Positions 51,515 to 63,063 of a DNA stretch of 64,000 nucleotides are shown piece after piece. Position 1 is the stretch's first letter. Every line of letters starts with the position of its first letter. The position numbers were made by a program, and so were the translations under genes. The notes beneath the pieces were generated by a model. It was not told where the DNA came from, ran no database searches, and was given only the letters and a program-made list of their open reading frames with translations. The DNA is taken from contig OZ244779.1 of assembly GCA_965219575.1 (NCBI GenBank), forward strand, positions 1,484,769 through 1,548,768. Reading direction: 5' to 3'. The stretch comes from Candidatus Oxydemutatoraceae bacterium (GTDB lineage Bacteria; Pseudomonadota; Gammaproteobacteria; Poriferisulfidales; Oxydemutatoraceae).

Positions 51515-51589
51515 CCATTAAATTAGGATGAATGAATGTATTGTGTGCTAGTCCGTCGCGTTCGGGCGGACATATAAGTCCGCCCCTAC
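51515..51589 (-). repeat. TIR-less GTAG-REP unit homologous to the MITE core (copy E)
   Basis: Minus strand GTAGGGGCGGACTTATATGTCCGCCCGAACGCG...ATACATTCATTCATCCTAATTTAATGG parallels copy A from 34268 to 34342. Confidence 0.8.
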
Positions 51590-51644
51590 AGTAGCAGATA
51601 ATTCTTAAAAGATTTGTGAGGACACTCGCATCGAGCAGATACTC

Positions 51645-53190
<1,546 letters not shown>

Positions 53191-53258
53191 AATTTAAAAC
53201 TTTCGAGTTTTTGCCGGATTTTGCCGAAGCTCTATCCGAGCAAAATGGGTTTAATCGA

Positions 53259-53357
53259 CTCAACGCAAGCGCCCACACAAATCTTCTATGCTATTTTTAA
53301 AAGAACATTAAAATATATAAGCTGTGCATTATACAATGATATTGTTATAAAATGCAA
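53259..53357 (-). promoter_or_regulatory. rRNA promoter, boxA-like element and RNase III leader arm
   Basis: TTGCAT-18 nt-TATAAT-GCACAGC, then boxA-like TGTTCTTTTAAAAA. Leader AAGATTTGTGTGGGCGCTTGCGTTGAG can pair (with GU pairs) with trailer CTCGATGCGAGTGTCCTCACAAATCTT at 51609-51635. Confidence 0.7.
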
Positions 53358-53437
53358 GCGGAAAACGGCAATTCTACATTGCCGTTTAAACAATTTAGCA
53401 TGTAAAACTCTGGTTATTGATAGTTGCTCGTATAAAT

Positions 53438-54211
53438 ATGAAACATTTTATCGTTCTTTTAATCGGCATGATTTTAGTTGCCGTAGGCGGTCGGGGGATT
53501 ACCGGTGATGAATTTTCCGATTACCGCAAGAATAACGAAAATTACGACGGCATTTGGAACGGATATTTCGACATCAACGGTCGCGGAAATTTTAAGTTCA
53601 ATGCGCTTTATGTCGCCAATGAACTAATCGCTTTCAGTCCCGATGCCAGAGTTTCATATAAAGGAACGGTTGATATCAAAAACAATGTTTATCACTCCGA
53701 AATGGAAATGTACTTGTTGACCAACGGCGGTTATTTCGACTCGGTGACGCTCGAGGGCAAAGTAATATCACCCGATAAAATAGAAGCTCGTTTTCTGACT
53801 CACGATGCCAAAGATGCCGGCACACTCAAATTGGAAAGAGATAAATCTTTATACGAGAAAGATGCACGGATAAGCAAGGTGAACGATGAATGGATTTATT
53901 ATCACGGTTTTACGATTACGAAATTTACTATCCAGGAAAACGGATACATCGCCGGTGCCGACACCAACGGCTGTGGTTATGAAGGTGAGATCAATGTTAT
54001 CGCACCCGATTATAATGCGTACCGTGTAAAATTATTGCTCAATTCCTGTCACGAATTAGACGGTTTGTATCACGGTATGGCTTATCTACTCGGCAGTGTA
54101 GAAAAAGACGATACACTAAATGTCCAAGTTTATAAAGACGGACAAGCACTCTATCTGCCTATCGTGCGCAACACCAAAGACTCCGAGTCTTCATCGCAAA
54201 ACCCTACTTGA
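53438..54211 (+). CDS. Hypothetical exported protein (beta-rich, two similar halves)
   Basis: MKHFIVLLIGMILVAVG signal-like N-terminus, YDGIWNG and a Cys pair (NGCGYEG...NSC); no family recognised. Confidence 0.7.
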   Translation: MKHFIVLLIGMILVAVGGRGITGDEFSDYRKNNENYDGIWNGYFDINGRGNFKFNALYVANELIAFSPDARVSYKGTVDIKNNVYHSEMEMYLLTNGGYFDSVTLEGKVISPDKIEARFLTHDAKDAGTLKLERDKSLYEKDARISKVNDEWIYYHGFTITKFTIQENGYIAGADTNGCGYEGEINVIAPDYNAYRVKLLLNSCHELDGLYHGMAYLLGSVEKDDTLNVQVYKDGQALYLPIVRNTKDSESSSQNPT

Positions 54212-54245
54212 ATAACCGGTTGGTAGGCTAACAATATGCTTCGAT

Positions 54246-54321
54246 TGGTGGAGCTAGGCGGGATCGAACCGCCGACCCCTTGCATGCCATGCAAGTGCTC
54301 TCCCAGCTGAGCTATAGCCCC
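54246..54321 (-). tRNA. tRNA-Ala(GGC)
   Basis: GGGGCTATAGCTCAGCTGGGAGAGCACTTGCATGGCATGCAAGGGGTCGGCGGTTCGATCCCGCCTAGCTCCACCA: 76 nt, G3-U70 and encoded CCA. Confidence 0.98.
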
Positions 54322-54375
54322 AATCGATATTAAACATTATATCATGTGCATTTGCACCCTAAGGCAACGATAAAA

Positions 54376-55185
54376 TCAGCCTCTTTGACTCGGCAAGATA
54401 CCGCGATGTTTGCCGTCCATACTCGTTTCTATAAATTCAATCAGATGTTTAACCTCGAAGCACTGTTCGGCAACTTGATACTGCTCGTCTATATTCATTT
54501 TATAATCGGCTGGCGAGCGAAGTAATTTCAAATAGCTTTGGTGTAATTTTTGTATAACATCCTCGGAAAAACCGGCTCTTCTCAGCCCGACCTTGTTAAG
54601 CCCGTGCGTTTGTGCCGGAAGTCCGGCAGCGAGTAAATAAGGAGGCAAATCTCTATTCAGGCCGCTTCCCATACCGCCGTATGCGTGTTGTCCTATACGG
54701 CAGAACTGATGTACCATCACAAAGCCGCTCAGCGTGGCGTAATCGCCGACCTCTACATGCCCTGCCAGACTTGCCGCATTGGCAAAAATAGTATGGCTGG
54801 CAATTTTACAATCGTGAGCTATGTGTACATAAGCCATAAAAAAGTTATCATCGGCTATCGTCGTTTGTCCTCCTCCCGCTATCGTTCCGCGGTTGATCGT
54901 GCAATACTCACGAATCGTATTGTTGTCTCCTATTATCAAACGACCACCGCTATTCTCGGGGGTCGGATTGCGGCATCGTTTATCCTGGGGTAATTCTCCT
55001 ATCGAACAAAACTGAAAAATTCGGTTATTGCACCCGATTTGCGTAGATCCTTTGATAATCGTATGCGAACCGATCCGTGTTCCCAACCCTACGGAAACTT
55101 CGGAATCAATGATACTATAAGCACCTACGGATACATCCTCGGCAAGTCTTGCGTCATCGGCAATGATTGCAGTCGGATGTATCAT
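54376..55185 (-). CDS. lpxA: UDP-N-acetylglucosamine acyltransferase
   Basis: MIHPTAII hexapeptide repeats, HIAHDC, LAGHV, VHQF and GLNKVGLRR. Confidence 0.97.
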   Translation of the reverse strand: MIHPTAIIADDARLAEDVSVGAYSIIDSEVSVGLGTRIGSHTIIKGSTQIGCNNRIFQFCSIGELPQDKRCRNPTPENSGGRLIIGDNNTIREYCTINRGTIAGGGQTTIADDNFFMAYVHIAHDCKIASHTIFANAASLAGHVEVGDYATLSGFVMVHQFCRIGQHAYGGMGSGLNRDLPPYLLAAGLPAQTHGLNKVGLRRAGFSEDVIQKLHQSYLKLLRSPADYKMNIDEQYQVAEQCFEVKHLIEFIETSMDGKHRGILPSQRG

Positions 55186-55207
55186 AACTGAACACCCCAA
55201 TCCGAGT

Positions 55208-55663
55208 CTATTTCATCATACATTTCAAGGTTGCAACGGCAACTGTTTGCTCGTCCACCAAAGCCAAGCAATGAAACACGGCATAATTTTTCTTAAATTT
55301 TTCTAAGACGACATCCAGCATCAACTGATCGCCGGGCACTACGGGGGCTTTGAATCTTGCTCGCTCGATACCGGCGAGTAAAATGAGCTGTTCGCCACTC
55401 TCGCCGATCGATTGTTCTCTGATATGCGCTTCTTTCAGAAGCAGCAAACACGATGCTTGTGCCATCGCTTCAATAATCAGCACACCCGGCATAACGGCTT
55501 TTTGTGGAAAGTGACCGTTGAAAAAATCTTCGTTAATGGTCACATTTTTAATTGCCTTCAGACGCTTTCCTTTGTTGTATTCAACGACTCGGTCAACCAA
55601 AAGCATCGGAAATCGATGCGGCAATATATGTTTAATTTCTTTTTCAAAATCAAATGAATGCAT
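55208..55663 (-). CDS. fabZ: 3-hydroxyacyl-ACP dehydratase
   Basis: LPHRFPMLLVD and GHFP...MPGVLIIEAMAQ. Confidence 0.98.
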   Translation of the reverse strand: MHSFDFEKEIKHILPHRFPMLLVDRVVEYNKGKRLKAIKNVTINEDFFNGHFPQKAVMPGVLIIEAMAQASCLLLLKEAHIREQSIGESGEQLILLAGIERARFKAPVVPGDQLMLDVVLEKFKKNYAVFHCLALVDEQTVAVATLKCMMK

Positions 55664-55673
55664 ATTAATCTTC

Positions 55674-56690
55674 CTATCTTTTATCCGATTTATTCAAATT
55701 ATCAAGTAGTTTATATAACTTCTTGAAATAAATACTATTTTTCAACCATTCACTGTGTTCAACAGGGAGCAAACCAGAACTATAACGTCCTTTTTTTGTA
55801 ATAGATTTATGGATGCGCGTTGCCGGTGTAATCGTCGTGCCGTCGCAAATGCTAATTTGCCCGTTGATCATTGCCGCACCGCCGATTTTACAATCTTTGC
55901 CTATCGTAGTACTGCCGGCGATGCCGGTGCAAGCAGCGATGACTGTCCTGTCTCCTATGCTATCGTTATGGCTGATATGCACCAAATTATCTATTTTGAC
56001 TCCGTTTCCTATGACGGTGCTACCCAAGGTCGCTCTATCTATTGCCGTGTTCGCACCGATCTCTACATCGTCGCCTATTTCCACATTACCCAGATGCTCT
56101 ATCTTCACCCAATCGTCGCCGTCCGGCACGAAACCGAAACCATCGCCACCGATCACCGCACCCGGTTGTATTATGACACGCCGGCCGAGCTTGGTTTTAT
56201 CGGCAAGCACGACATGCGCCTTAAGCAAAGCATTTTCTCCTATATGGCAATGATTTCCTATCGTACAGTTCACTCCGATCGTAACATTATCGGCTAAGAT
56301 ACAATGCCTTCCGATTGCGGCACCTGATCCTATAAAAACACCTTGCCCTATCCGTACGTCGGTTGCAATATCGGCAGTCGGATGGATCGTATTGGTCGGC
56401 GAACGATTGTCGGTTCCGAATAGATGAGTGAGTCGTGCAAAAGCAAGGTATGGATTTTCGCAAAGTAATGCCGGCTGTTTGCACAAGTGTCGGTCTTCGG
56501 GTTTGATTAAAACCGCACCTGCTCGAGTTGTAGCTAGAAAATCTCGTTGCTTGGAATTGGCATAAAACGAAATTTGATTCGGTTGCGCATCGCGCAAACT
56601 TGCAATGCCGTCGATTTCGGTATCCCCCGGTGATTTGGAAACATTAATATGCTCTGCCAGTTCGGCTAAAGAATAAGACCGCTTGGTCAT
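55674..56690 (-). CDS. lpxD: UDP-3-O-acylglucosamine N-acyltransferase
   Basis: NPYLAFA, IGGDGFGF, EIGANTAIDR and KIDNLVHISHN. Confidence 0.97.
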   Translation of the reverse strand: MTKRSYSLAELAEHINVSKSPGDTEIDGIASLRDAQPNQISFYANSKQRDFLATTRAGAVLIKPEDRHLCKQPALLCENPYLAFARLTHLFGTDNRSPTNTIHPTADIATDVRIGQGVFIGSGAAIGRHCILADNVTIGVNCTIGNHCHIGENALLKAHVVLADKTKLGRRVIIQPGAVIGGDGFGFVPDGDDWVKIEHLGNVEIGDDVEIGANTAIDRATLGSTVIGNGVKIDNLVHISHNDSIGDRTVIAACTGIAGSTTIGKDCKIGGAAMINGQISICDGTTITPATRIHKSITKKGRYSSGLLPVEHSEWLKNSIYFKKLYKLLDNLNKSDKR

Positions 56691-56704
56691 AGTAGATATA
56701 ACCG

Positions 56705-57229
56705 TTATTTAGCTCGTTTTTCCAATACATCCAGCACTTGATCGGTTAAATTAACTTGATCGTCGGCATAAAGTATAGGCTCGGAGACAACCATATCAAA
56801 ATCCTTTCTCTTTGCCAACTCTTTGATAATCTCCAGAACCTCTTGTTGTATCTTAGCCTGCTCTTCGGTGCGCCGTTTATTGAATTCCTCCTTAAATTCT
56901 TCCCGTCTTTCCTTGAATTCCCGTTTCATAGAAATAATCCTCGCTTGCAGACGTTCTCTTTTTTCTTCGTCCATATTTCGCGACGAGCGTCTGAGTAAAA
57001 TTTCACCCTTTCTGATATCGTCTTCCAGCTCCAGTAATTGGGCATCTTTTTTGTCAAACTCCGCTTCCAAGCGTTCAACTGCGGCGATAGATTGGGGGGC
57101 TTTCTGCATCACGATAGAGATATTGACGAAGCCCACGCCTGCCGCAGAACTACTCGTATTGATCAGTAAAGCTACGATCAAAATAAACCCTTTCAAGGGT
57201 ATATCGTTGTTTTTTATGGTCATATTCAT
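56705..57229 (-). CDS. skp: Periplasmic chaperone Skp/OmpH
   Basis: Signal peptide, VGFVN, long coiled coil and NLTDQVL; between bamA and lpxD. Confidence 0.93.
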   Translation of the reverse strand: MNMTIKNNDIPLKGFILIVALLINTSSSAAGVGFVNISIVMQKAPQSIAAVERLEAEFDKKDAQLLELEDDIRKGEILLRRSSRNMDEEKRERLQARIISMKREFKERREEFKEEFNKRRTEEQAKIQQEVLEIIKELAKRKDFDMVVSEPILYADDQVNLTDQVLDVLEKRAK

Positions 57230-57232
57230 TGC

Positions 57233-59557
57233 TTAAAAATTGGTTCCTAAATCGAATTGAAAACTCTCGGTTCTATCTTCACTCTGATCATTATACTGCG
57301 TTGCGAAGTTAAAAGTAACCGCACCGATCGCGGTTATCCAACTTACATTAACCCCTATGGCACCTCGCAACTCGGAAAAATCAAAATCGCTAAAATCCTC
57401 GAAAACATTGCCGATATCGCTGAAAATACTTGCGCGTAGTCGTTTGGGGTCGTATAAAAAGCCGGTCGGAAAGTACAAATCAAAATTTCCCACCGCCCTA
57501 AAATTACCACCCTCGGCACGATCGAGCCTGTCTCTGGGACCTAATGAATTATTCAAGTAACCGCGAACCGTTTTGGTTCCTCCGGCGAAAAAGCGATCGG
57601 TGCACGGTACTTCCGGCGTATCACCGTATTTATCGGCGTACGATAACAACAACCTAGGCGCAAAAACAAAATCCTTATCGTCGTCTAAAGGAAAAAAATG
57701 CCGATGCGAGTAATTCGCCTTATAATATTTCAAACCGCTACCCGGTCCGTAGACTTCTAAATTGGTCGATATCCTTGCGCCGTCGGTAGGGAATAGCGAA
57801 CTGTTCCGAGTATCGTAAGCCACGCCTGCGGTGACGGCATAATTTCTGAACACATAATACTCGAAATCTTCGTCTTCTCTACCCAGACACTCTCTCAAAC
57901 TGCTAAAACGATTCCCCACGAACCGTCTATCCAGACTATCCTCGTAGCGAACTTCTTCCCACCGTATACCCAGTCCCAGGGTATCCACTTCGGAGATAGG
58001 AATACCGTAATGCACCCCCAAATTAATCTCATCGGTATCTATATAAGAGACATCTCTCTCACCGTAGTCGGTTGAACTATAACTCGCCGACAAAGTGCGG
58101 CTCACGCCGTCTATGGTATAGTTCGGGTCGGTAAATCGCAACGCATAACGCGTGTTTGACTTGCTATTATTGAAGACCGTACTGACTCGATTACCGGTGC
58201 CTAAAAAATTAGACTGGCTCAGTTGCAAACTCACCACCGCACCGTCACTATCCGAAAATCCCGCACCTATATTAAAACTTCCCGATTTACGTTCCTCTAC
58301 CTCAAAACTTAAATCGAGCTGATTAGTCGACCCTTCGACCGGGGTTTCTTCTATCTTTACACCACTCACAAAAGGTAATCGTTGCAGTCTCTTTTTAGAG
58401 AGTTCTATCTTCTGCGCCGAATAAGGCGCACTCTCGATCTGTCTCAATTCGTGTCTGAACACTTCACCGTCGGTCGCCATATTACCGTGTATGTTGATAC
58501 GCCGCACATAAGTCAACGGACCGGGGTTCGGAAAAAAAGTCACATCGACGGTATTATTTTCGCTATCGGGTTGAGGAATGGCATCGACTTTGGCCGATGC
58601 ATAACCTCGATCTTTTAGAATATTGCCGATTTGGGCACTCGCTCTCAATGCTTCTCGACGCGAAAAAATTTCATCTTTTTTAATACGCTCGTTTATTATT
58701 CCGGTGATTTTACCTCGCTCGGGTACGGAGACCGAAGCAAGATTGGCCTTGTCGATACGATACGGTTGCCCCTCTCTTATTTTGATTAAAACATCGATAA
58801 AACGCCGATCGGGTGTCAGTGTCACTTTGGTCTCTTCGACGGCAAAATCCAAATAGCCCCTATCCTGATAAAAAGCTTGCAATGATTCTATATCCGCTGC
58901 CAGCTTAAATCTGGAGTACTTATCTTGGTCTTTCCAAAATTCGTACCATTTTTTGTTTCCCGACTCGAAATTCTCTATCAACAGCTTCTTGGGTAAACGG
59001 CGATTTCCTATGATTTCGATGTTTCTGACGCGAGTAGTCTCGTTTTCGTTGATTCGCACGACAAGGTTGATCTGATTGTCGGGTAGTGCTAGGGTATCTA
59101 TGTTGATATTGACGGCATACTTTCCCAGTGCATGATACTGCTTTCGAAGTTCCTGCTTAATTCTATCAAAAGTGGCATATTTGTAGATGCGCCCGGGGGC
59201 AATATCGTTAACTTCCAGGGCTTCCAATATCGCTTCTTCCGGTACTTCGTCGCTTCCTTCTACATAAATCGCAGCGATGCCCGGCCTTTCGCTAACGATA
59301 ATATATAAGCGATTCCGATCGTAGCGTAATTCTACTTCCTCAAAGTAACCTTCCGCATATAGCGACCGAATCAACTCCGGAGAATTCGAAAAATCAAAAT
59401 AATCGTTGATACGAAACGGTAGTATCAAAAAGATACTACTTGCATCGACACGATTGAGGCCCTTTATTTCTATATCTTGGATAACGAAGCCGTCGGCATG
59501 AACAACGCCGTATAAAGCGATTAGAATAACGGTTAAAAATTCACGAACGAACTTCAA
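57233..59557 (-). CDS. bamA: Outer membrane protein assembly factor BamA
   Basis: POTRA repeats (DIEIKGLNRV), NFLGTG, VRGY motif and C-terminal FQFDLGTNF. Confidence 0.97.
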   Translation of the reverse strand: MKFVREFLTVILIALYGVVHADGFVIQDIEIKGLNRVDASSIFLILPFRINDYFDFSNSPELIRSLYAEGYFEEVELRYDRNRLYIIVSERPGIAAIYVEGSDEVPEEAILEALEVNDIAPGRIYKYATFDRIKQELRKQYHALGKYAVNINIDTLALPDNQINLVVRINENETTRVRNIEIIGNRRLPKKLLIENFESGNKKWYEFWKDQDKYSRFKLAADIESLQAFYQDRGYLDFAVEETKVTLTPDRRFIDVLIKIREGQPYRIDKANLASVSVPERGKITGIINERIKKDEIFSRREALRASAQIGNILKDRGYASAKVDAIPQPDSENNTVDVTFFPNPGPLTYVRRINIHGNMATDGEVFRHELRQIESAPYSAQKIELSKKRLQRLPFVSGVKIEETPVEGSTNQLDLSFEVEERKSGSFNIGAGFSDSDGAVVSLQLSQSNFLGTGNRVSTVFNNSKSNTRYALRFTDPNYTIDGVSRTLSASYSSTDYGERDVSYIDTDEINLGVHYGIPISEVDTLGLGIRWEEVRYEDSLDRRFVGNRFSSLRECLGREDEDFEYYVFRNYAVTAGVAYDTRNSSLFPTDGARISTNLEVYGPGSGLKYYKANYSHRHFFPLDDDKDFVFAPRLLLSYADKYGDTPEVPCTDRFFAGGTKTVRGYLNNSLGPRDRLDRAEGGNFRAVGNFDLYFPTGFLYDPKRLRASIFSDIGNVFEDFSDFDFSELRGAIGVNVSWITAIGAVTFNFATQYNDQSEDRTESFQFDLGTNF

Positions 59558-59573
59558 TAATATCCACCCTTAA

Positions 59574-60941
59574 TCAAGAACCCAACAGACGTTGTAGATC
59601 GTTGTACAAAGCCAGCACTATCAAAGAACCGATCATTACCATACCGACCAACTGGGCTTTGGCTTGCGCCGCTATGGACAGTGGCTTGCCGGCGATAAAT
59701 TCCCATAAGTAGTGCAATAAATGACCGCCGTCCAATACCGGCACAGGAAGTAAATTGAGTACGCCGATACTGATGCTGATTATCGCCAGCACACTCAGAT
59801 AGCTCACGATACCCAATAGAAAAGAAACACCGGCAACCTCGGCGATGGTGACCGGACCGCTGATATTGGAAAGCGATACCGAGCCGGTGATCATGTGCCC
59901 AATAAACTTAAAAGTCAGTATCGTCATCGTCCAGGTTTGCTGTGCAGCTTTTACAATCGAATCGAACAAACCATAACGTATATGAACCCGATAAGGTTCA
60001 AACAGCGATGCCGGGCTATGCACTACGATCCCGGCCTTACCGATCGAATTCTCTCCTTGCACCTGCGCATCGGGTCTAAAATCTATCGTCATTTCTTGTC
60101 CGTCTCGAAGAATCGTTAATTCTACCGATGTATCGGGATTGGCTCGTATTTGTTCGGTCAACCGGCTCCAATTATCTACGGGCAATCCGTCGAACCGAAC
60201 AATGCGATCGTTTTTGATTAAGCCGTAGCGTTCCGCCGCACTGCCTGCCAATACTTCGCCGACGATTGCTTCCAATTCCGGTTGCATCAAAGTCATACCC
60301 AATTTTTCGAACGGCGAACGACTTTCGTCATTAATAAATGTCTCGTTATCTATTTCCAATGTATGTTGTCTACGATTGCCATTTCCGGCAACGACCTCCA
60401 CCGTAATACGAGGACTACCCAAAGCAGCTTCGATAATGGCAAGCATCGTCTGTCTAGTTCCCTGCACCGTACGACCTTCGACGGCATAAATCTCGTCTCC
60501 TCTCTGCAAGCCGGCATTGATCGCCGCACCTTGGGGTTCCATTTCTCCTACGATGACCCGACGCTCGAAAGAACCCACCATGAACACGACGATGTAAAGT
60601 AAGAACGCCAGTATGAAGTTTGCCAGCGGTCCTGCGGCAACAACCAAAGCTCGTATACCCAAGGACTGACGATTGAATGCTCTGTGTGCTTCTTCGGCAG
60701 GCACTTCACCCTCGCGCTCGTCGAGCATTTTCACATAGCCTCCTAAGGGAATACTGCCGACTATAAAATCGCTTTTGTCGGGACCGAATTTTCTGCTGTA
60801 TATCGCCTTACCGAAACCTATTGCAAAGCGTAGAATCTTGACATTCGCTCTGCGAGCAACCCAATAATGTCCGAATTCATGGAATGCAATCAGTATGGTA
60901 ATTGCTATGAGAAATCCGACGGCACCGATAATGTAATCCAT
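59574..60941 (-). CDS. rseP: Intramembrane metalloprotease RseP
   Basis: HEFGH, PLGGYVKM, two PDZ domains and NLLPVPVLDGGH. Confidence 0.98.
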   Translation of the reverse strand: MDYIIGAVGFLIAITILIAFHEFGHYWVARRANVKILRFAIGFGKAIYSRKFGPDKSDFIVGSIPLGGYVKMLDEREGEVPAEEAHRAFNRQSLGIRALVVAAGPLANFILAFLLYIVVFMVGSFERRVIVGEMEPQGAAINAGLQRGDEIYAVEGRTVQGTRQTMLAIIEAALGSPRITVEVVAGNGNRRQHTLEIDNETFINDESRSPFEKLGMTLMQPELEAIVGEVLAGSAAERYGLIKNDRIVRFDGLPVDNWSRLTEQIRANPDTSVELTILRDGQEMTIDFRPDAQVQGENSIGKAGIVVHSPASLFEPYRVHIRYGLFDSIVKAAQQTWTMTILTFKFIGHMITGSVSLSNISGPVTIAEVAGVSFLLGIVSYLSVLAIISISIGVLNLLPVPVLDGGHLLHYLWEFIAGKPLSIAAQAKAQLVGMVMIGSLIVLALYNDLQRLLGS

Positions 60942-60997
60942 AATAGTCTCCTGGTTAGCTTCATATTATAGCGATATTTCAATAAATCATATCAAAT

Positions 60998-62233
60998 TTA
61001 CCGGATTATATGACGATTAGTCCGGTTATCGGGAAAAAAGACGACATTACTCCTATCTCTATTGATGAGGGTTTTAGTGAGACGGCGAGTACGACGGTCT
61101 ATTTCTAGAATATGCTCCAAACCATCGGCATTTTCAAAAGTGCTCTCTTCCATGAGTTCGGAGCATATCGTCGCGATGCAATCAAAGTTGATGCGACCAT
61201 CCAAAAAAGCACTTACCGCCTCTTCGTTTGCCGCATTCAGAACGATAGGCGCACTGGCTCCTATTTGCATCGCATCGTAAGCCAAAGATAAACAAGGAAA
61301 TCGTTCGTGGTCGACCGCATAAAATTCCAATTTTCCGCACCGTTCGAGGTCTAGATAAGTATGCGCTTGATCGAATAAGCGTTCCGGTTGCGCTAAAGAA
61401 TACGCAATAGGAATACGCATATCCGGTTTTGATAATTGTGCAATAACCGAGCCGTCCTTCATCTCGACCAAACCGTGCACGATACTCTGCGGGTGTATCA
61501 AAACTTTGATTCGCGATAATTCCATATCGAATAACCAACGCGCTTCTATGACCTCCAGCCCTTTATTCATCAAAGTTGCCGAATCCACCGAGATTTTAGC
61601 CCCCATATTCCAGTTGGGATGGGCGCACGCTTGCTCGGGTGTTGCTTGATGCAATTTTCCCAGCGGCCAATTCAGCAACGGTCCACCCGAAGCGGTTAGC
61701 GTAATGTGCCTGACTTCTATACCGGCTCTTGAACTATTGCCCAAGCACTGAAAAATTGCATTGTGTTCGCTGTCTATGGGTAGTAATTCTGCCGAATATT
61801 TTTTCACGGTTTGCATCAGCAAAGTACCGGCGACAACCAAGGCTTCTTTGTTAGCAAACAAAATTCTTTTACCCGCTTGCGCCGCACTCAAAACGGACTG
61901 TAAGCCGGCCATACCCGAAACGCCGGTAACGATAGTGTCATAGTCTCCATCGATAATCAGATCGTCGAGCATGGTCTGTGGCAGCACCTGGGTAGGTAAT
62001 TTGTATTTTTGTAATAAGGCTTGTAACTCGACGAGCTGATTTTTATCGGAAAGTATTGCGTAGCTCGGCTTAAATTCTAAGCATTGCTCGGCTATTTTTT
62101 CTGCAGAACTGTAAGCAGTTAAAGCAAATACCTCATAATGGTTAGAGCGTGACCGTATCACATCCAAAGTCTGCATCCCGATACTACCGGTAGAACCCAA
62201 TACGATAATTTTTCTGCTACCCGAACTAATCAT
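60998..62233 (-). CDS. dxr: 1-deoxy-D-xylulose-5-phosphate reductoisomerase
   Basis: LGSTGSIG, ANKE, PIDSEH, TASGGP and HPNWNMGAKISVDSATLMNKGLE. Confidence 0.99.
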   Translation of the reverse strand: MISSGSRKIIVLGSTGSIGMQTLDVIRSRSNHYEVFALTAYSSAEKIAEQCLEFKPSYAILSDKNQLVELQALLQKYKLPTQVLPQTMLDDLIIDGDYDTIVTGVSGMAGLQSVLSAAQAGKRILFANKEALVVAGTLLMQTVKKYSAELLPIDSEHNAIFQCLGNSSRAGIEVRHITLTASGGPLLNWPLGKLHQATPEQACAHPNWNMGAKISVDSATLMNKGLEVIEARWLFDMELSRIKVLIHPQSIVHGLVEMKDGSVIAQLSKPDMRIPIAYSLAQPERLFDQAHTYLDLERCGKLEFYAVDHERFPCLSLAYDAMQIGASAPIVLNAANEEAVSAFLDGRINFDCIATICSELMEESTFENADGLEHILEIDRRTRRLTKTLINRDRSNVVFFPDNRTNRHIIR

Positions 62234-62244
62234 CTCTTAAACCC

Positions 62245-63063
62245 TCAAAGATATAAAACGCCCAATGCAATAACCGGTGCCACGGCGATGAATGCATCCA
62301 ATCTATCGAGTAGACCGCCGTGTCCCGGCAATACATTACCGCTGTCTTTGACACCGGCACATCGCTTAGCCATACTCTCGGTCAAATCCCCTACGACACC
62401 TGCGATACAAGCGATCAAGCTCAAAAGCGTCCATGATACCACATTCAACGGCGTGCTATTCTCGAAGAACAAAATTGCGGTTGATAAACTCAAAATCGTC
62501 GTAGCAAACAGCGCACCCCAAAATCCTTCCTTGGTTTTTCCCGGGCTGATTGTCGGAGCAAGTTTGTTTTTGCCCATCCGGCGACCTACATAGTAAGCCG
62601 AAGTATCGCTAACGATAACCAATATCACCGCATATAACAGTAAAGCCCAAGCCATTCGATGCAACAGATAGACAGCGACACCACAAGCCGCCAGCGCAAC
62701 GACGATATGAAGCGATAAAAACCATCTGAAAATCGTGTTTGCAGACAATTTTCGGTCATAAAAAATGCCGATCAACAGTGCTATAAACCACCATATCGCA
62801 GCGACATACAGGATTATTTTGTTATCGTAATAAATAGACGACGATGCGAGAAACAAGGTGCCGAGTGCGCTTATCGATAGATACAAGCGTTGCTTATTCT
62901 CACTATCTTTATACATCAACCGTCCCCACTCATAAACGGCTAATACACCGAGCAATGCAAAAATACCGGTGATCGTCGGACTCGGTAAAGCGATAATACA
63001 AAATACGATAACGGCCGATAATACGCTACCGACCGCTAATCTTTGTGTGTGTTGATTCATCAA
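62245..63063 (-). CDS. cdsA: Phosphatidate cytidylyltransferase
   Basis: SDTSAY, SPGKTKEG and GDLTES..KR..GVKDSG..LPGHGGLLDRLD. Confidence 0.97.
   Translation of the reverse strand: MMNQHTQRLAVGSVLSAVIVFCIIALPSPTITGIFALLGVLAVYEWGRLMYKDSENKQRLYLSISALGTLFLASSSIYYDNKIILYVAAIWWFIALLIGIFYDRKLSANTIFRWFLSLHIVVALAACGVAVYLLHRMAWALLLYAVILVIVSDTSAYYVGRRMGKNKLAPTISPGKTKEGFWGALFATTILSLSTAILFFENSTPLNVVSWTLLSLIACIAGVVGDLTESMAKRCAGVKDSGNVLPGHGGLLDRLDAFIAVAPVIALGVLYL

Noticed and set aside
54246-54321. tRNA-Ala as the rrn spacer tRNA
   Set aside because: It is the GGC isoacceptor and lies upstream of the 16S; spacer tRNA-Ala is TGC and lies downstream.
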